Assembly (NCBI GenBank): GCA_043803745.1
Contig: JAZDJS010000026.1
Coordinates: 1-64,000 of the forward strand
Length of the DNA: 64,000 nucleotides
Source of the DNA: an archaeon
Lineage (GTDB): Archaea > SpSt-1190 > DYHY01
Direction: 5' to 3'
Shown: positions 26,706 to 36,608 of the stretch, in pieces
How the letters are laid out: each line of letters starts with the position of its first letter
How positions within the stretch are numbered: the first letter of the stretch is position 1
Program-made: the position numbers and the translations under genes
The notes under the pieces: generated by a model
Databases searched by the model: none
What the model saw: only the letters and a program-made list of their open reading frames with translations
What the model was told of the DNA's origin: nothing

Positions 26706-27368
26706 TCATTCGAAAATGTATGTAAATTTAACCTTTTTTATTTCAGGAACGCCTTCCTTCGATTCCTCGAAAATCTCCGTCATGACCCCCTCAGGCATGG
26801 GATTTGCCGGAGGCAGGATAACCTCCGCAACATCCCCGGAAAGCGAGAATTTTGCATCCTGCCCCTTGTGCGCGTGGAGCCTCAGGATTCCCGCAAACTT
26901 TTCATTGAGCGCAGTTACGACCTTTTCGAGCGTGAACTCGTATTCAACCTCTTTCCCCGCAAGCGGGTGATTGAAGTCAAGGACAACGCGCCCCCCGGAA
27001 ACCGACTGGACCTTCCCCATCAGCCCCTGAATGTTGACAATCATCCCGACAACCGGCTTCTGTTCCTTGAAGACCTTGTCGGGGACCGTCTGTATCTTGC
27101 TCGGGTCCCTTGCCCCGAAAGCCCGGTCGGAAGAAATCCGGACAACACGGGTTTCGCCCGGAGCCATCTGGACAACGGCGTCCTCAAGCCCCGCAAGCAT
27201 GTGCCCGGAGCCGATCCGCACGGTCATAGGACCGTAGATGACCTGCTCGCTGTAGAGGCCGGCCTGGCGCGCCCTTGCCTCGTCTGTCAGGTCGAAGACC
27301 TCGCCGGTTTCGACGATTTTCCCAACATAGCTCACTGAAACGAAATCTCCCTTCACAGGATTTGCCAT
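26706..27368 (-). CDS. FKBP-type peptidyl-prolyl isomerase (long archaeal SlyD-like)
   Basis: GDFV.V.Y.GK..GEVFD, GLEDA, AFG.RD, DFNHPLAGK. Confidence 0.93.
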   Translation of the reverse strand: MANPVKGDFVSVSYVGKIVETGEVFDLTDEARARQAGLYSEQVIYGPMTVRIGSGHMLAGLEDAVVQMAPGETRVVRISSDRAFGARDPSKIQTVPDKVFKEQKPVVGMIVNIQGLMGKVQSVSGGRVVLDFNHPLAGKEVEYEFTLEKVVTALNEKFAGILRLHAHKGQDAKFSLSGDVAEVILPPANPMPEGVMTEIFEESKEGVPEIKKVKFTYIFE

Positions 27369-27570
27369 TTTATTTTTTCTTCACTCCATCTGTTTTATTC
27401 TAGCCCGGCTTGTTCGTCAGGTTTCGCGCTTTGCCCAGGTCCGCCGGACCGCGGCTCGGCGCCCTAACCTTTTCTTTCCCTAGTTTCTCCTTCTCCCAGT
27501 CATCAAAACCAAAAGAAGCAATTTGTGGGGAAAAGCCAGTGTTTTTAAAGTTATGTTGCCCACTCGCCGG

Positions 27571-27915
27571 ATGGAAGTCCTCAAACCCTCGGAATCAGCG
27601 GAAAAGAAGAACGTCCTCAGCGTCAGCAAGGAAATCAAGATTCCGGAAGACATGCCGAAGGTTTATGCGATCGGCGCCGCCGGCGGTTTCACGCCCTACG
27701 ATTTCAGGATACTTTTCTTCGATGCCGGAAGGCATCAGCCGGAAGGGCGCGTCGAAATAGCGTTGTCGCCCCTTGCAGCGAAGGAGCTCCGCGACTGGCT
27801 TGACGGGCTCGTCAAGGAGTTTGAGAAGAAGGTGCGGAAAATAGAGCGCAAGCCGGGCATGCCGAACAAGTCAGAAATGAAGCAGTCGGGCCAGACTCTC
27901 AGGATGTTCGGGTAA
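27571..27915 (+). CDS. DUF3467-like protein
   Basis: VYA.GA.GG.TPYDFRI.F...IALSP.AAKEL...L...V..FEK pattern; TATA at 27542. Confidence 0.65.
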   Translation: MEVLKPSESAEKKNVLSVSKEIKIPEDMPKVYAIGAAGGFTPYDFRILFFDAGRHQPEGRVEIALSPLAAKELRDWLDGLVKEFEKKVRKIERKPGMPNKSEMKQSGQTLRMFG

Positions 27916-27960
27916 GTAGCCCCTTTAGTTCTGCGTCTCAGGGTCCGTTTGCTTATCTCC

Positions 27961-29283
27961 TTATTCCCTTTTTATCGGAATGTATGCTTCCTCTTCAACC
28001 AGCATAAGCATCAGGAAGACGATCGCGCCAATCCCGACCGCCCAGAGCATCGGGGTGTTCTCGATCAAGTCGAACTGGAGCCAGCCGAGGAGGAAGACCA
28101 GCGCGAAATAGACCGAGACGGCCGCGTTCCCTGCAAGCGAGACTCCCGAGGATGCGAAGAAAATCGACGCAAGCCCGACGACGAGGAGTGCAAGGACAGC
28201 CTCAAGCAGGATCGGCGATGTCCTGAACGCGAGGAAAACAGTTGCGGACCCGAGGAGAAGCCCGAGCAAGCGGCGGACTCCCTTCGAAATTCCCGGAAAG
28301 TTCTGCGGGGAGAAAAGGCAGACCGAAACGGTCACGAGGAAGACGATTCCGAGGTCGTACCAGATGCTAGTCAGCGAGGGCGCGCCGGACCGCGCGAAGA
28401 CCGTGCCGAGGAAGTATGCAGTCGCCATAAGGAACCAGACGAACGGGTCGTCAATTGCGAAAAAGTGGCTCCCAAGGAAACCCTTTGCGGCAAGGCGCTC
28501 GAAGGCTTTTTCGACGTCCGAGGCCGCAACCCCGAGCCAGCTCGCAATAAGCGGGGCGTGCTTCCTGTCCTTGCCATAGGATTTCACGTAGCCGAGAACC
28601 TTTTCCTCGTGTTCGGAAAGGACCCGCGCGGCCATCGCATGCTCGTAGAACATCACTGCGGCCGGAACGACGGTCACGGTCGCCACAAGAGAGATTCCGT
28701 TCGCAATTGCGACAAGTATCCCCAAAAAGCCAGTCATTTCGTACGTGAACGCGGCAATCCCTAGGAACATCAGGGTTTCAATCACGTAGACGCCCGCAAC
28801 CGATTTGGAGAGCTTGGAGAACGTCTCAAAAAGGCTTGTGAGAACGGTCGCAGGCTTCCTCCTTTCGTCGAAATACTTCTTGACGAGGGTGTAGTTGAGG
28901 CCGACCGCCGTAGTGAAGGCGAACGTTGCGAAAATGGTTTCGATGCCAGAGGGGCTTTCCCCGAGCGCATATGCTATCAGAAGGGTCACCGGTACGGAAA
29001 TTAGCGCGGGATAAAGCGCGGTGAGCGCCTTGCGGAAGCTACGGAGCATAAGCGTAACGAGAACTCCCGTTGCAGCGACAAGGGAAATGAAAAGAATCAC
29101 GGTGTTGCCGAGATATGCCGTGAAGACGGGGTCCGTTGTTACCGCAAGCCCCCCGGCAAGGAGAAGGAACGACAGGACGAGAACGGCCCGCCAGTGGTAT
29201 GTCGCCTCCCTTGCGAGAGGCCCGATTACCCTGCTGTAATGCCGGTGTTCGATTGGGGATGAAAGCTCCGTTTCAGTAGCCAT
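27961..29283 (-). CDS. polytopic membrane protein (MMPL/SecDF-like TM block, internal wHTH-like segment, second TM block)
   Basis: LRSF...L..L.P...G..Y pattern of RND/MMPL TM segments; soluble segment LIASWLGV..SDV..A..RL..KG. Confidence 0.65.
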   Translation of the reverse strand: MATETELSSPIEHRHYSRVIGPLAREATYHWRAVLVLSFLLLAGGLAVTTDPVFTAYLGNTVILFISLVAATGVLVTLMLRSFRKALTALYPALISVPVTLLIAYALGESPSGIETIFATFAFTTAVGLNYTLVKKYFDERRKPATVLTSLFETFSKLSKSVAGVYVIETLMFLGIAAFTYEMTGFLGILVAIANGISLVATVTVVPAAVMFYEHAMAARVLSEHEEKVLGYVKSYGKDRKHAPLIASWLGVAASDVEKAFERLAAKGFLGSHFFAIDDPFVWFLMATAYFLGTVFARSGAPSLTSIWYDLGIVFLVTVSVCLFSPQNFPGISKGVRRLLGLLLGSATVFLAFRTSPILLEAVLALLVVGLASIFFASSGVSLAGNAAVSVYFALVFLLGWLQFDLIENTPMLWAVGIGAIVFLMLMLVEEEAYIPIKRE

Positions 29284-29331
29284 GTCCCAAGAACGCGCCC
29301 CCGCTTTTATTGCTTTTCGGTCGTTGCCGGA

Positions 29332-30252
29332 TTATTCAAGCGGCCCGACAAGAATACGCCCTTCCTTCCGCCGGAACTCTTTCACGATGCCGGAAAGCCT
29401 CTTGCCCGCCCTTGCAAGCGAGATTAACTCGTCAATTTCCCGGAGGTTGCCCAATATTTTCTCTCCGGAAAGCCGAAGGGAGGCTTCCTCCTGCTCAAGG
29501 GTTGAAATGCTTTTTTCAAGCCGTTCCAGCTTCTTCTGCTTCTCGGAAATCTTCGGGCTTTCCGGGGAGGTCAGTTCCCCGAGGGAAATTGCCGGCTCGG
29601 AAGGCGTTGCGGAAAAGAGCTCCCTGATTGCGGAAATTATTTTCCGCCGCCCCTCCTGGCTGCCAATCCCGTCCGCCCCGGAAATATCAATTATCCTCCC
29701 GGAAATCTCCGGGCCGAACCCGAAGGAAACCGCAAGGAGCCTTCCGGCCGAATCCCCGGGCCCGCCAGTCAGGTCGCTTTCGGAAAGCTCATCCGGACAT
29801 TTTCCAGGTCCCTTCGGGGGGCGGTATTCCTCCCCGACGGCGATTTTCCGCCCCCTCCATTCCCGCGGTTCCCTGGCGAAGACTATTCTTCCCTCCCGGC
29901 CGAGAAGGAGGAGGTTCCCGTCGAAAGTCTCGGCAACAAGGGAAGTTCCATTGGAGAACGAGATTCTGAGAATCCTGTCGAATCCAACCTGACCTGCCGA
30001 GGAAACGACGAGGCCCGAGAGAAACTGCCTTCCGAACTTCCAGGTTTCGCTGCCCGGAACCTCCGTCTCGGCCGGAAGGAATCCCAGCAAGCCCTTGCCA
30101 AGGGCGAGAAGTTTCTTCCCGCCAAGTTTCCGCGAATAGAATTCTATCCCGAAGGAACTGCCGGAAATCCTGGAGACGCCCTTGTCAATCTTCGCCCCCG
30201 GAAGATTCTCGGCGAGCCATTTCGATGCAAGGAAAAATTCAAGGCTGTTCAT
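29332..30252 (-). CDS. NFACT-N domain protein (Rqc2/RqcH-like), short form
   Basis: L.GAKI, Q.GFDRIL.I.F, L..E..GNLLL, R.I..GE.Y.PP, HhH GFGP; only 306 aa. Confidence 0.8.
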   Translation of the reverse strand: MNSLEFFLASKWLAENLPGAKIDKGVSRISGSSFGIEFYSRKLGGKKLLALGKGLLGFLPAETEVPGSETWKFGRQFLSGLVVSSAGQVGFDRILRISFSNGTSLVAETFDGNLLLLGREGRIVFAREPREWRGRKIAVGEEYRPPKGPGKCPDELSESDLTGGPGDSAGRLLAVSFGFGPEISGRIIDISGADGIGSQEGRRKIISAIRELFSATPSEPAISLGELTSPESPKISEKQKKLERLEKSISTLEQEEASLRLSGEKILGNLREIDELISLARAGKRLSGIVKEFRRKEGRILVGPLE

Positions 30253-30880
30253 TGTCCGGAAGAGCCTCCAGTTCCTTTTCCGCAGGCTCACTCAGCGGTT
30301 CAGTCGCAGCTTCCTCGGCGGAAATCTCCGCCCTCGCAGTTTCAACAGCCCCGTCAATGATTGCCTTGTCCTTTGCGTCAAGCTTTCCCTTGAGTGATTC
30401 GAGGGGCGCCCCGAAATAATCGGCGAACCTCTCGGTTGTCCTGAGAAGCCGAGTTATCCCCTTCGGTTCCGCAACAACAAGCCCGGAGCCGACAAGGTTC
30501 TTGACCTGCTCATACGCCCGGTTCCCCCGGATTTTCACGATTTCGCTCTGCTTAATCGGCTGATAGAACGCAATCACCGCAAGGGTTTTCGTTTCCCCGT
30601 CGGAAAGGTCCGTGAAGTTCGAAAGCCGCCTTACCTGGGAAAGGAACTCGTCCTTGACCTTCATCTTGTATTTTATTTCCTGGCCGACCTCGCGCACAAC
30701 CTCCAGGGCGCTTTCAGCAGTTCCCGCGCCAACGAGGGATTCGACCGCGTCCCGCGCCCTTGCTGGCGTGAGGGTTGGCACCGCTTTCAGCAGTTCCTTG
30801 ACCGTGAGCCCCCTTCCGGAGATGAAAAGCGCAGCTTCCGCAAGCCGGCGATTGACCCTCAAAAGCGCCTCATCTGCCAT
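30239..30880 (-). CDS. scpB: SMC-Scp complex subunit ScpB
   Basis: EAALFISG, TLAVIAFYQPI.QSE...IRG, TTERFADYFG. Confidence 0.92.
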   Translation of the reverse strand: MADEALLRVNRRLAEAALFISGRGLTVKELLKAVPTLTPARARDAVESLVGAGTAESALEVVREVGQEIKYKMKVKDEFLSQVRRLSNFTDLSDGETKTLAVIAFYQPIKQSEIVKIRGNRAYEQVKNLVGSGLVVAEPKGITRLLRTTERFADYFGAPLESLKGKLDAKDKAIIDGAVETARAEISAEEAATEPLSEPAEKELEALPDNEQP

Positions 30881-31601
30881 TTGGGAATTCCCCCTCCCGC
30901 TCCCCGGCGGACGGCTGCGGAATTTCCGAAGCAACAATGACCTGCTGGCTGGCGCGCCTTATTGTTATAGAGCCGTTCCATTCCTCCTGGAAAAGGTCAA
31001 GTTCCCCGTTGTTGGCCATGTGAAGGATTGAAAGGAACGCAATTTCGAATTTCTTGTATCTGAGGATTTCGGCGAACTCAATGGATTCCCGCGCATGGAA
31101 AAGGTCGTCGAAAATGACCCTGAGATCCCTCATCACCGCGTCGATGTTCGCCGTCGTTATCCTGACGCCAATCTGCCTGAAGTTCTTCTTCCTTAGGAGC
31201 TTGCGTTTTTCAACCTCGAACGCGCTCCTCAGCGCGTCGACAAGCTCGACAATTGTTATTTTCCGCTCGACAATCCGCCTTACCGGATGGAGGTCCGGAA
31301 CCGATTCGATGTCAATCTGCAGGGCGGAGGGTGCCAGCGACGCCCTTTCCCCCCTTTCCCGCTCCTCGAAGAAAAGCTTCTCGCTTTTCAGCTTCAGGAG
31401 CACTGCCGCGGTAATCACCGCCTTCCCGGGAATCCTGAAATCGAGGGCCTGTATCGCCATTATCCTCTGAAGATATCCCGCAGTGAGCGCGGTAATGTCG
31501 ATGTCCCAGGGGTTTATCTTCTCCTCCCGGACAAGCTCGACAAGCTGCGAGTCCCACTTCTCAAGCTCGCCAAGCGCAAGGCCGATGAAATCGATTCCCA
31601 T
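30870..31601 (-). CDS. scpA: segregation/condensation protein ScpA (kleisin)
   Basis: INPWDIDI..L...YL, AAVLLKLKS, FLSILH, LFQEE. Confidence 0.9.
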   Translation of the reverse strand: MGIDFIGLALGELEKWDSQLVELVREEKINPWDIDITALTAGYLQRIMAIQALDFRIPGKAVITAAVLLKLKSEKLFFEERERGERASLAPSALQIDIESVPDLHPVRRIVERKITIVELVDALRSAFEVEKRKLLRKKNFRQIGVRITTANIDAVMRDLRVIFDDLFHARESIEFAEILRYKKFEIAFLSILHMANNGELDLFQEEWNGSITIRRASQQVIVASEIPQPSAGEREGEFPNGR

Positions 31602-31640
31602 CCGGTTCGGCCGGGGCGCTCTGTGCTTTTAGACTTTTTC

Positions 31641-31701
31641 CTGAATCGCAAAAGTCTCGACGTTTAAATCGAGGCAAATCAATCCGCGATTCATGTCAAA
31701 C
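31641..31701. repeat. diverged copy of the palindromic element at 1979-2038
   Basis: ctgaatcgcaaaagtctcgacgtttaaatcgaggcaaatcaatccgcgattcatgtcaa versus ctgaatcgcgaaagcctcggcctttaggcgaggtaagatatcctgcgattcatgtcaa. Confidence 0.75.
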
Positions 31702-31709
31702 TGCCGAAT

Positions 31710-33758
31710 TCAGCCCGTAGTATTTGACCCGAACCCGAAAAGCCACGCAAAGAAACTGCGTAAAATTTCCCCGAGCCGCGAGCCTCCGCAGGAAACCCTT
31801 GCGACCGAATTGCCCCGCAGGAAACCGCCCCTTCCCGCCAAGTCCTCGTACTCGACCGAGTATTTTATCGAAACAGTTCCGCAGGGCTCGCCGGAAACGA
31901 AATAGCCCCCGTCGCGTTCGGGGAACCCGTCAATGCTTTCAGAGACTATCCTGCCGTTCGCAATCCGCGCAAGCGGCCTGCCGATCAGTTTCCCGCTCGC
32001 CGGGATTTCTTCGGGGAGCGGGACCGAGACGTCGGGCTTGGGGATTCTCCGTATGGTCCCAGTCAAACTTTCTTCGGTTCCGTTCTTCAGCCGCACCGTC
32101 ACCCGAGCTTCCGAGGCGGTTCCAAGGGGTATTGTGCCGCCGCCGGAGGGGATTTTGTACTCCTTTCCCGAGTAGACAGCGGTCACTTCCTCGGTTGAGA
32201 AAATCACGGCCTCGGCAGACTCGTCCGAATATGCCGCGGAGGGAACGGAGAACGACAAGGCAAGCGACGAGCGTTCCGGAAGCTCAAGATAATTTCCGGT
32301 TGTCAGGAAAACCTTTCCGGAAAACCCGACAAGGGGCAGCTCCAGAATCCCGCCGGAGGGGATTTCAAAGGGAACTTCCGAGCCGCCATCGAGCCCGAGC
32401 GCGTAATACCGTCCCGGAGCCCCGGAAATTCTCGCATAGTTTCCCAGGATTGATGCAAGCGCGCCCCTTCCCGGAAGCGCAGTAAGCTCGGCAGGAGTCA
32501 TGAAAGCTGCGCCGCCGATTGAGGCGGTCACGGGGTATTTGTAATAATAATTGCCTGCGATTTTTTCCGGAGCCCTGACAACAAAAAACCAGTCTTTTCG
32601 CCCGTTCGGCTTGAGGACCGCCGGGGCGCCCTGCCCTGCAAGGGAAAGCCGCTCAGATTCCCCGACCCCCGCAGAGCCGTAAAACGGGGACGGGTTTGCA
32701 AAAACCGCAGAATCGAGATTGTTCTTCAGCGTGACGTTTGCAAGGGAGAACGCCCCCGCAAAGATTTCCGACGGGACAACCGCGACAGATTCTATCGAAG
32801 CCGCCTCTCCCGCGCCCGTCCCGGAAGAAACCGCGAAAGCAGGTTCTGTCGGAAGAAGCCCCGTCCAGGAAAGGGTTCTGCATCCCGTAACCGATTCGCA
32901 CGAAGCCTGCTCAACGGTCTGCGCAGCCTCCTCACCGGAATAGAATTTCACGTGGCTCGCGTCAAGCCAGCCATATTGTCCGAAGCCAGTCGTTGGATCG
33001 AAGGGAACCCACCCGCTTCCAGGGAAGTATGCTTCAGCCCAGCCATGGGATCCGAACGATTTTTCCCCGCTGCCCCCCCAGGCGAATCCGCCAACATATC
33101 TTGCAGGGATCCCCGCTGAGCGGGCAAGCGCAATGAAAAGGTGCGCGAATTCCTCGCAAACGCCCTGGCGCGTCCGCAAAACCTCGCCGCTGTCGAGCCT
33201 GAAGCCGAAATAGGAGCTATTGTAGGTTATGTTTTCATTGACGAATTCGGCAAGCCTTGCGAGAGCCTCGAACTCGGCTGTCGCCCCGCCAATGAGCCCT
33301 TTGGAAAGAAGAACAGTCTCGGGCGTCACCTTGACCTTTTCGGAAGAGACGAGGAACATCTGGAAGGAGGGATCGATTGCGCCGACAAGAGGATACGGCT
33401 CGCTGCCGGAAATCCTCGCGCCGACAAGCCCGGTCTTGACAGTGCAGGAATATCGCACTTCCAGGGGTCCCGCAGCGCCTTTTCCAAGAGAGAATTTCAT
33501 TGTGCCGTCCGGGAGGATTGCCCTGTCACATACAACGCTCTGCCTTTCGTCGTTTTTCGGGAAAAGCGTTGTTGCATAGCTCAGCGAGTTGAAGCTTTCC
33601 GAAATCTGACCGCGGCCGCTCACCGAAACGGATATTGTCGCTGAGGAGTATCCGTCCGGGGAAGCTTCCGCCCGAGCGGGCGGCAGGCTGGAAACGAGAA
33701 AAAGAAGGAGGAGGACGAGAAAAACAAATACTTTTCCGGGCAGTTTCGTTTCCCCCAT
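31710..33758 (-). CDS. secreted transglutaminase-like domain protein
   Basis: Signal peptide; GVCEEFAHLF, GIPARY, HGWAE, WVPFDPT (Cys-His-Asp triad). Confidence 0.9.
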   Translation of the reverse strand: MGETKLPGKVFVFLVLLLLFLVSSLPPARAEASPDGYSSATISVSVSGRGQISESFNSLSYATTLFPKNDERQSVVCDRAILPDGTMKFSLGKGAAGPLEVRYSCTVKTGLVGARISGSEPYPLVGAIDPSFQMFLVSSEKVKVTPETVLLSKGLIGGATAEFEALARLAEFVNENITYNSSYFGFRLDSGEVLRTRQGVCEEFAHLFIALARSAGIPARYVGGFAWGGSGEKSFGSHGWAEAYFPGSGWVPFDPTTGFGQYGWLDASHVKFYSGEEAAQTVEQASCESVTGCRTLSWTGLLPTEPAFAVSSGTGAGEAASIESVAVVPSEIFAGAFSLANVTLKNNLDSAVFANPSPFYGSAGVGESERLSLAGQGAPAVLKPNGRKDWFFVVRAPEKIAGNYYYKYPVTASIGGAAFMTPAELTALPGRGALASILGNYARISGAPGRYYALGLDGGSEVPFEIPSGGILELPLVGFSGKVFLTTGNYLELPERSSLALSFSVPSAAYSDESAEAVIFSTEEVTAVYSGKEYKIPSGGGTIPLGTASEARVTVRLKNGTEESLTGTIRRIPKPDVSVPLPEEIPASGKLIGRPLARIANGRIVSESIDGFPERDGGYFVSGEPCGTVSIKYSVEYEDLAGRGGFLRGNSVARVSCGGSRLGEILRSFFAWLFGFGSNTTG

Positions 33759-33817
33759 TGCGCGCAAGTCAAATATGCGAATTCCTTTTAAAACACCCTC
33801 CTTTCCGAACTTGCGAA

Positions 33818-34744
33818 ATGCCCCTTAATGCCGACGCAGGTTTCTTCATTGCAAAGGAGAAATATGAAAAGGCAAGGACAATTGCGGAAAAGATAACCGG
33901 GCTCGAGGAGGTAATACGCGCCGCGCCAACCCACAAGGGGGCGGAAAAGCTGCGGGCCCAACTCAAGCGGAAGCTTGCCGAGTTGAAGGCGCAGCAAATA
34001 GTTGCGGCAAGAAAGAAAGGGGGACACACGAGCGCGTTCTCGGTCAAGAGGACCGGGATTGCGCAGGTCGTCCTTGTCGGCTATCCGGGGTCGGGAAAGT
34101 CCTCGGTTCTTGCGGCAATAACAAATGCAAAGCCGGAGATTTCCGGCAAGATGTATACTACGGTCCTTCCCGGGGTCGGAACAATGAAGTTTTCGGGAAT
34201 GGAAATTCAAGTGATAGAAGTTCCCGCAATAACTCCCGGAATGTTCGGGTCGGGCCGGGGGGAACTTTTTGCAATTGTCAGGAACGCCGACGTTGTTGCC
34301 CTCGTTATCGATTCCCAGAAGGCGTCCGAACAGTTTTCCGGTCTGGCCGGGGAGCTCCGGAAGGCGGGAATTTCCGGAAAGGAAATCGTGGTAATCGCCA
34401 ACAAGAACGACCTGAGAGCCGCTCCCTTTGAAAGCTGCCCATACCCGGTAATAAGATCGTCAAAGAACGACCGGACCAAGCTCCGCGAAATCGGCGAGAT
34501 TGCCTGGAAATCAATCGGGAAGATGCGGATATACACCCGCAAGGGGGACAACACCGATGAGAAGCCGTTCGTGATGGGAACCGGCTCGAACGTCCGGGAT
34601 GCAGTGAGGACGATACACAAGGAAATACTCGAGACATTCCGTTTCGCAAGGGTCTGGCGCAAGAGCTCGCAGCATTCCGGTTCAAGGGTCGGGCTCGATT
34701 TCGTTCTCCGGGATTGCGACGTAATAGAGATTTTCGCGAAATAA
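33818..34744 (+). CDS. DRG/OBG-family GTPase with TGS domain
   Basis: HKGAEKL, GYPGSGKSS, YTT, NKND, TGS region IHKE..FRFARVW..RVG....L.D.DVIE. Confidence 0.92.
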   Translation: MPLNADAGFFIAKEKYEKARTIAEKITGLEEVIRAAPTHKGAEKLRAQLKRKLAELKAQQIVAARKKGGHTSAFSVKRTGIAQVVLVGYPGSGKSSVLAAITNAKPEISGKMYTTVLPGVGTMKFSGMEIQVIEVPAITPGMFGSGRGELFAIVRNADVVALVIDSQKASEQFSGLAGELRKAGISGKEIVVIANKNDLRAAPFESCPYPVIRSSKNDRTKLREIGEIAWKSIGKMRIYTRKGDNTDEKPFVMGTGSNVRDAVRTIHKEILETFRFARVWRKSSQHSGSRVGLDFVLRDCDVIEIFAK

Positions 34745-34791
34745 GCAACGATTCAACAAGTTAAAAAACCGGGTTCCCCCTGGGGGATTCG

Positions 34792-35898
34792 ATGGAGAAA
34801 AAGCAGCTGATTCTTCTCGGGGTTGTGCTTTTGCATTCCCTCGCTGCCTCAACTTCAGGGATTTACCTGCCGCTATTCTACCTTTCGAGAGGAATTCCCA
34901 TCTCCGGAATAATCCTCCTTCTTTGTGCAACATTCGCAATCCTGACAATCGTTCCCCTCTTCCTTTCCGGAAGGAACACGATTTCCCTCGGACTCCTTTT
35001 CTTCTCCCTCTTCTACTTCTCAGCAAGCTTTTCCCAGCCGATAGTTGTCGGAGTTCTCTACGGGCTCGGGCTCGCATTTTTCTGGCCTTCCCTGAATTTC
35101 CTTTCCTCGGAGCTTACCGATTCTGGCGAGCGGGCCGGATTCCTCGGGAAAATATCAGCGGTAAGGACGCTTGCGCCGGTTTTCGGAGTGCTTTTCGGAG
35201 GATTCTTCGCAGCGGCATTCGGATTGAAATACCTCATTTTCGTTTCCGGAGGGATCTTCATCCTGTCTTTCCTCCTCTCCCTGCTCTTCCTCATAGATTT
35301 CCCTTCAAAGGATTTTGACGCGAAGGAAATGAGGCTTCCATTTGTCGACAGGAACTTTTTCCTCTTCTCCGCGGGGTTCTTCCTGAACGGCTTCGCCGAT
35401 TCGTCGTGGCTGGTGTATCCGCTCCTGCTTGCGAAAATATCCGGGGGAAACACTTCCGAAATCGGGATTGCCTCCTCGGCGATAACCGTCCTCTCGGCAA
35501 TGATTTTCGTCGTGGTGGGCAAACTATCCGACGTTTTCGGCAGGAGGAAACCATTCCTCCTGCTTTCAGTTCCCTTCGAATTCATCTGGTTTTTCGGGGT
35601 TTCGGTCTCCGCATCACTAATCCAGATAATTCTCGTCTCCGTTTCCTCGTCGCTTGCAAGCGCGCTTATGAGGACGGGCGATTCCCTTTACATCGACTGC
35701 TACGAGAAGAAGCATCACGCATTCCTGACCGCCCTGAGGGAGAGCGCCCTGAACCTCGGACGGATAGCAAGCATACTCGTTCTTTCATCACTGATAATCT
35801 CAGGAAACTACCACTTCTACTACCGGATTTTCGCGACAGCCTCGCTTTTCTACATCCCAATCTACCTTCTCCTGAAGGAGCGGCACAACTATGCGTGA
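34792..35898 (+). CDS. MFS transporter
   Basis: About 12 TM helices; GKLSDVFGRRK motif A. Confidence 0.9.
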   Translation: MEKKQLILLGVVLLHSLAASTSGIYLPLFYLSRGIPISGIILLLCATFAILTIVPLFLSGRNTISLGLLFFSLFYFSASFSQPIVVGVLYGLGLAFFWPSLNFLSSELTDSGERAGFLGKISAVRTLAPVFGVLFGGFFAAAFGLKYLIFVSGGIFILSFLLSLLFLIDFPSKDFDAKEMRLPFVDRNFFLFSAGFFLNGFADSSWLVYPLLLAKISGGNTSEIGIASSAITVLSAMIFVVVGKLSDVFGRRKPFLLLSVPFEFIWFFGVSVSASLIQIILVSVSSSLASALMRTGDSLYIDCYEKKHHAFLTALRESALNLGRIASILVLSSLIISGNYHFYYRIFATASLFYIPIYLLLKERHNYA

Positions 35899-36499
35899 AC
35901 TCGTCCTTGCAAGCGCTTCTCCGAGAAGACGGATGCTGCTTTCCCGCTGGGGCTTCTCTTTCCGGGTGATTCCTTCAAGCATCCGCGAGAACGTACGATT
36001 TCGCAGCCCAAGGCAGCTCGCGGAAAAACTCTCAGCCATGAAAGCGGAGGCCGTCCGGAAAAGGGCGTCCCGGGACTCGGTAATTGTAGCATCAGACCTT
36101 GTCGTTTCGCTCAAAGGAAAGATTTTCGGAAAGCCCATCGACGCGCTGGAAGCGGTCAGAATGCTCAAGAGGCTTTCCGGGAGAACGCACCGGATTTTTT
36201 GCGGGGTTACTGTCCTTGACAATCCCAGCGGGCGGAGAAAGACGGGATGCGTGTCTGCGAAAATAACGTTCAAGAAACTTTCAGATGAAGAAATACTCAG
36301 ATACGTTTCAACGGGGGAGCCGAACGACAAAGCGGGGGCGTATGCAATCCAAGGAAAGGGACGCAGGCTGATAGCGAAAATCCAGGGAGAACTGAGCGCG
36401 ATAATAGGCCTTTCGAAGCAACTCACGCTGAAATATCTCCGAGAAACAGGCATCCGGCCAGGGACTGGCGGGATTGTCCGGGTCCGGACCGGGCCCTAA
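35891..36499 (+). CDS. maf: Maf-family nucleotide pyrophosphatase
   Basis: LASASPRR, KA, SD..V..G.IFGKP, LSGRTH, DKAGAYAIQG. Confidence 0.95.
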   Translation: MRELVLASASPRRRMLLSRWGFSFRVIPSSIRENVRFRSPRQLAEKLSAMKAEAVRKRASRDSVIVASDLVVSLKGKIFGKPIDALEAVRMLKRLSGRTHRIFCGVTVLDNPSGRRKTGCVSAKITFKKLSDEEILRYVSTGEPNDKAGAYAIQGKGRRLIAKIQGELSAIIGLSKQLTLKYLRETGIRPGTGGIVRVRTGP

Positions 36500-36506
36500 A
36501 GAAGCG

Positions 36507-36568
36507 CACTCAATCACTCAACTGAGTGATACCTCAACTGAGTGCTACTGTATTTAATGAATTGAGTG
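36507..36568. promoter_or_regulatory. operator array (CACTCA/TGAGTG half-sites) upstream of the RHH gene and giant-protein operon
   Basis: CACTCAAT 36507; palindrome ATCACTCA-AC-TGAGTGAT 36513-36530; CTCAACTGAGTG 36533-36544; ATTGAGTG 36561. TATA-like tatttaat at 36551 and tttaaaa at 36578. Confidence 0.8.
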
Positions 36569-36608
36569 AGGCAAACCTTTAAAAGGGAGTTTGGCCAAAA
36601 AAGGGCCA

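Noticed and set aside
27370-27520. Hammerhead ribozyme (GAAAC and CUGACGA on the minus strand) or small ORF
   Set aside because: The core segments are adjacent with no intervening stems, so the topology is wrong; no convincing start codon.
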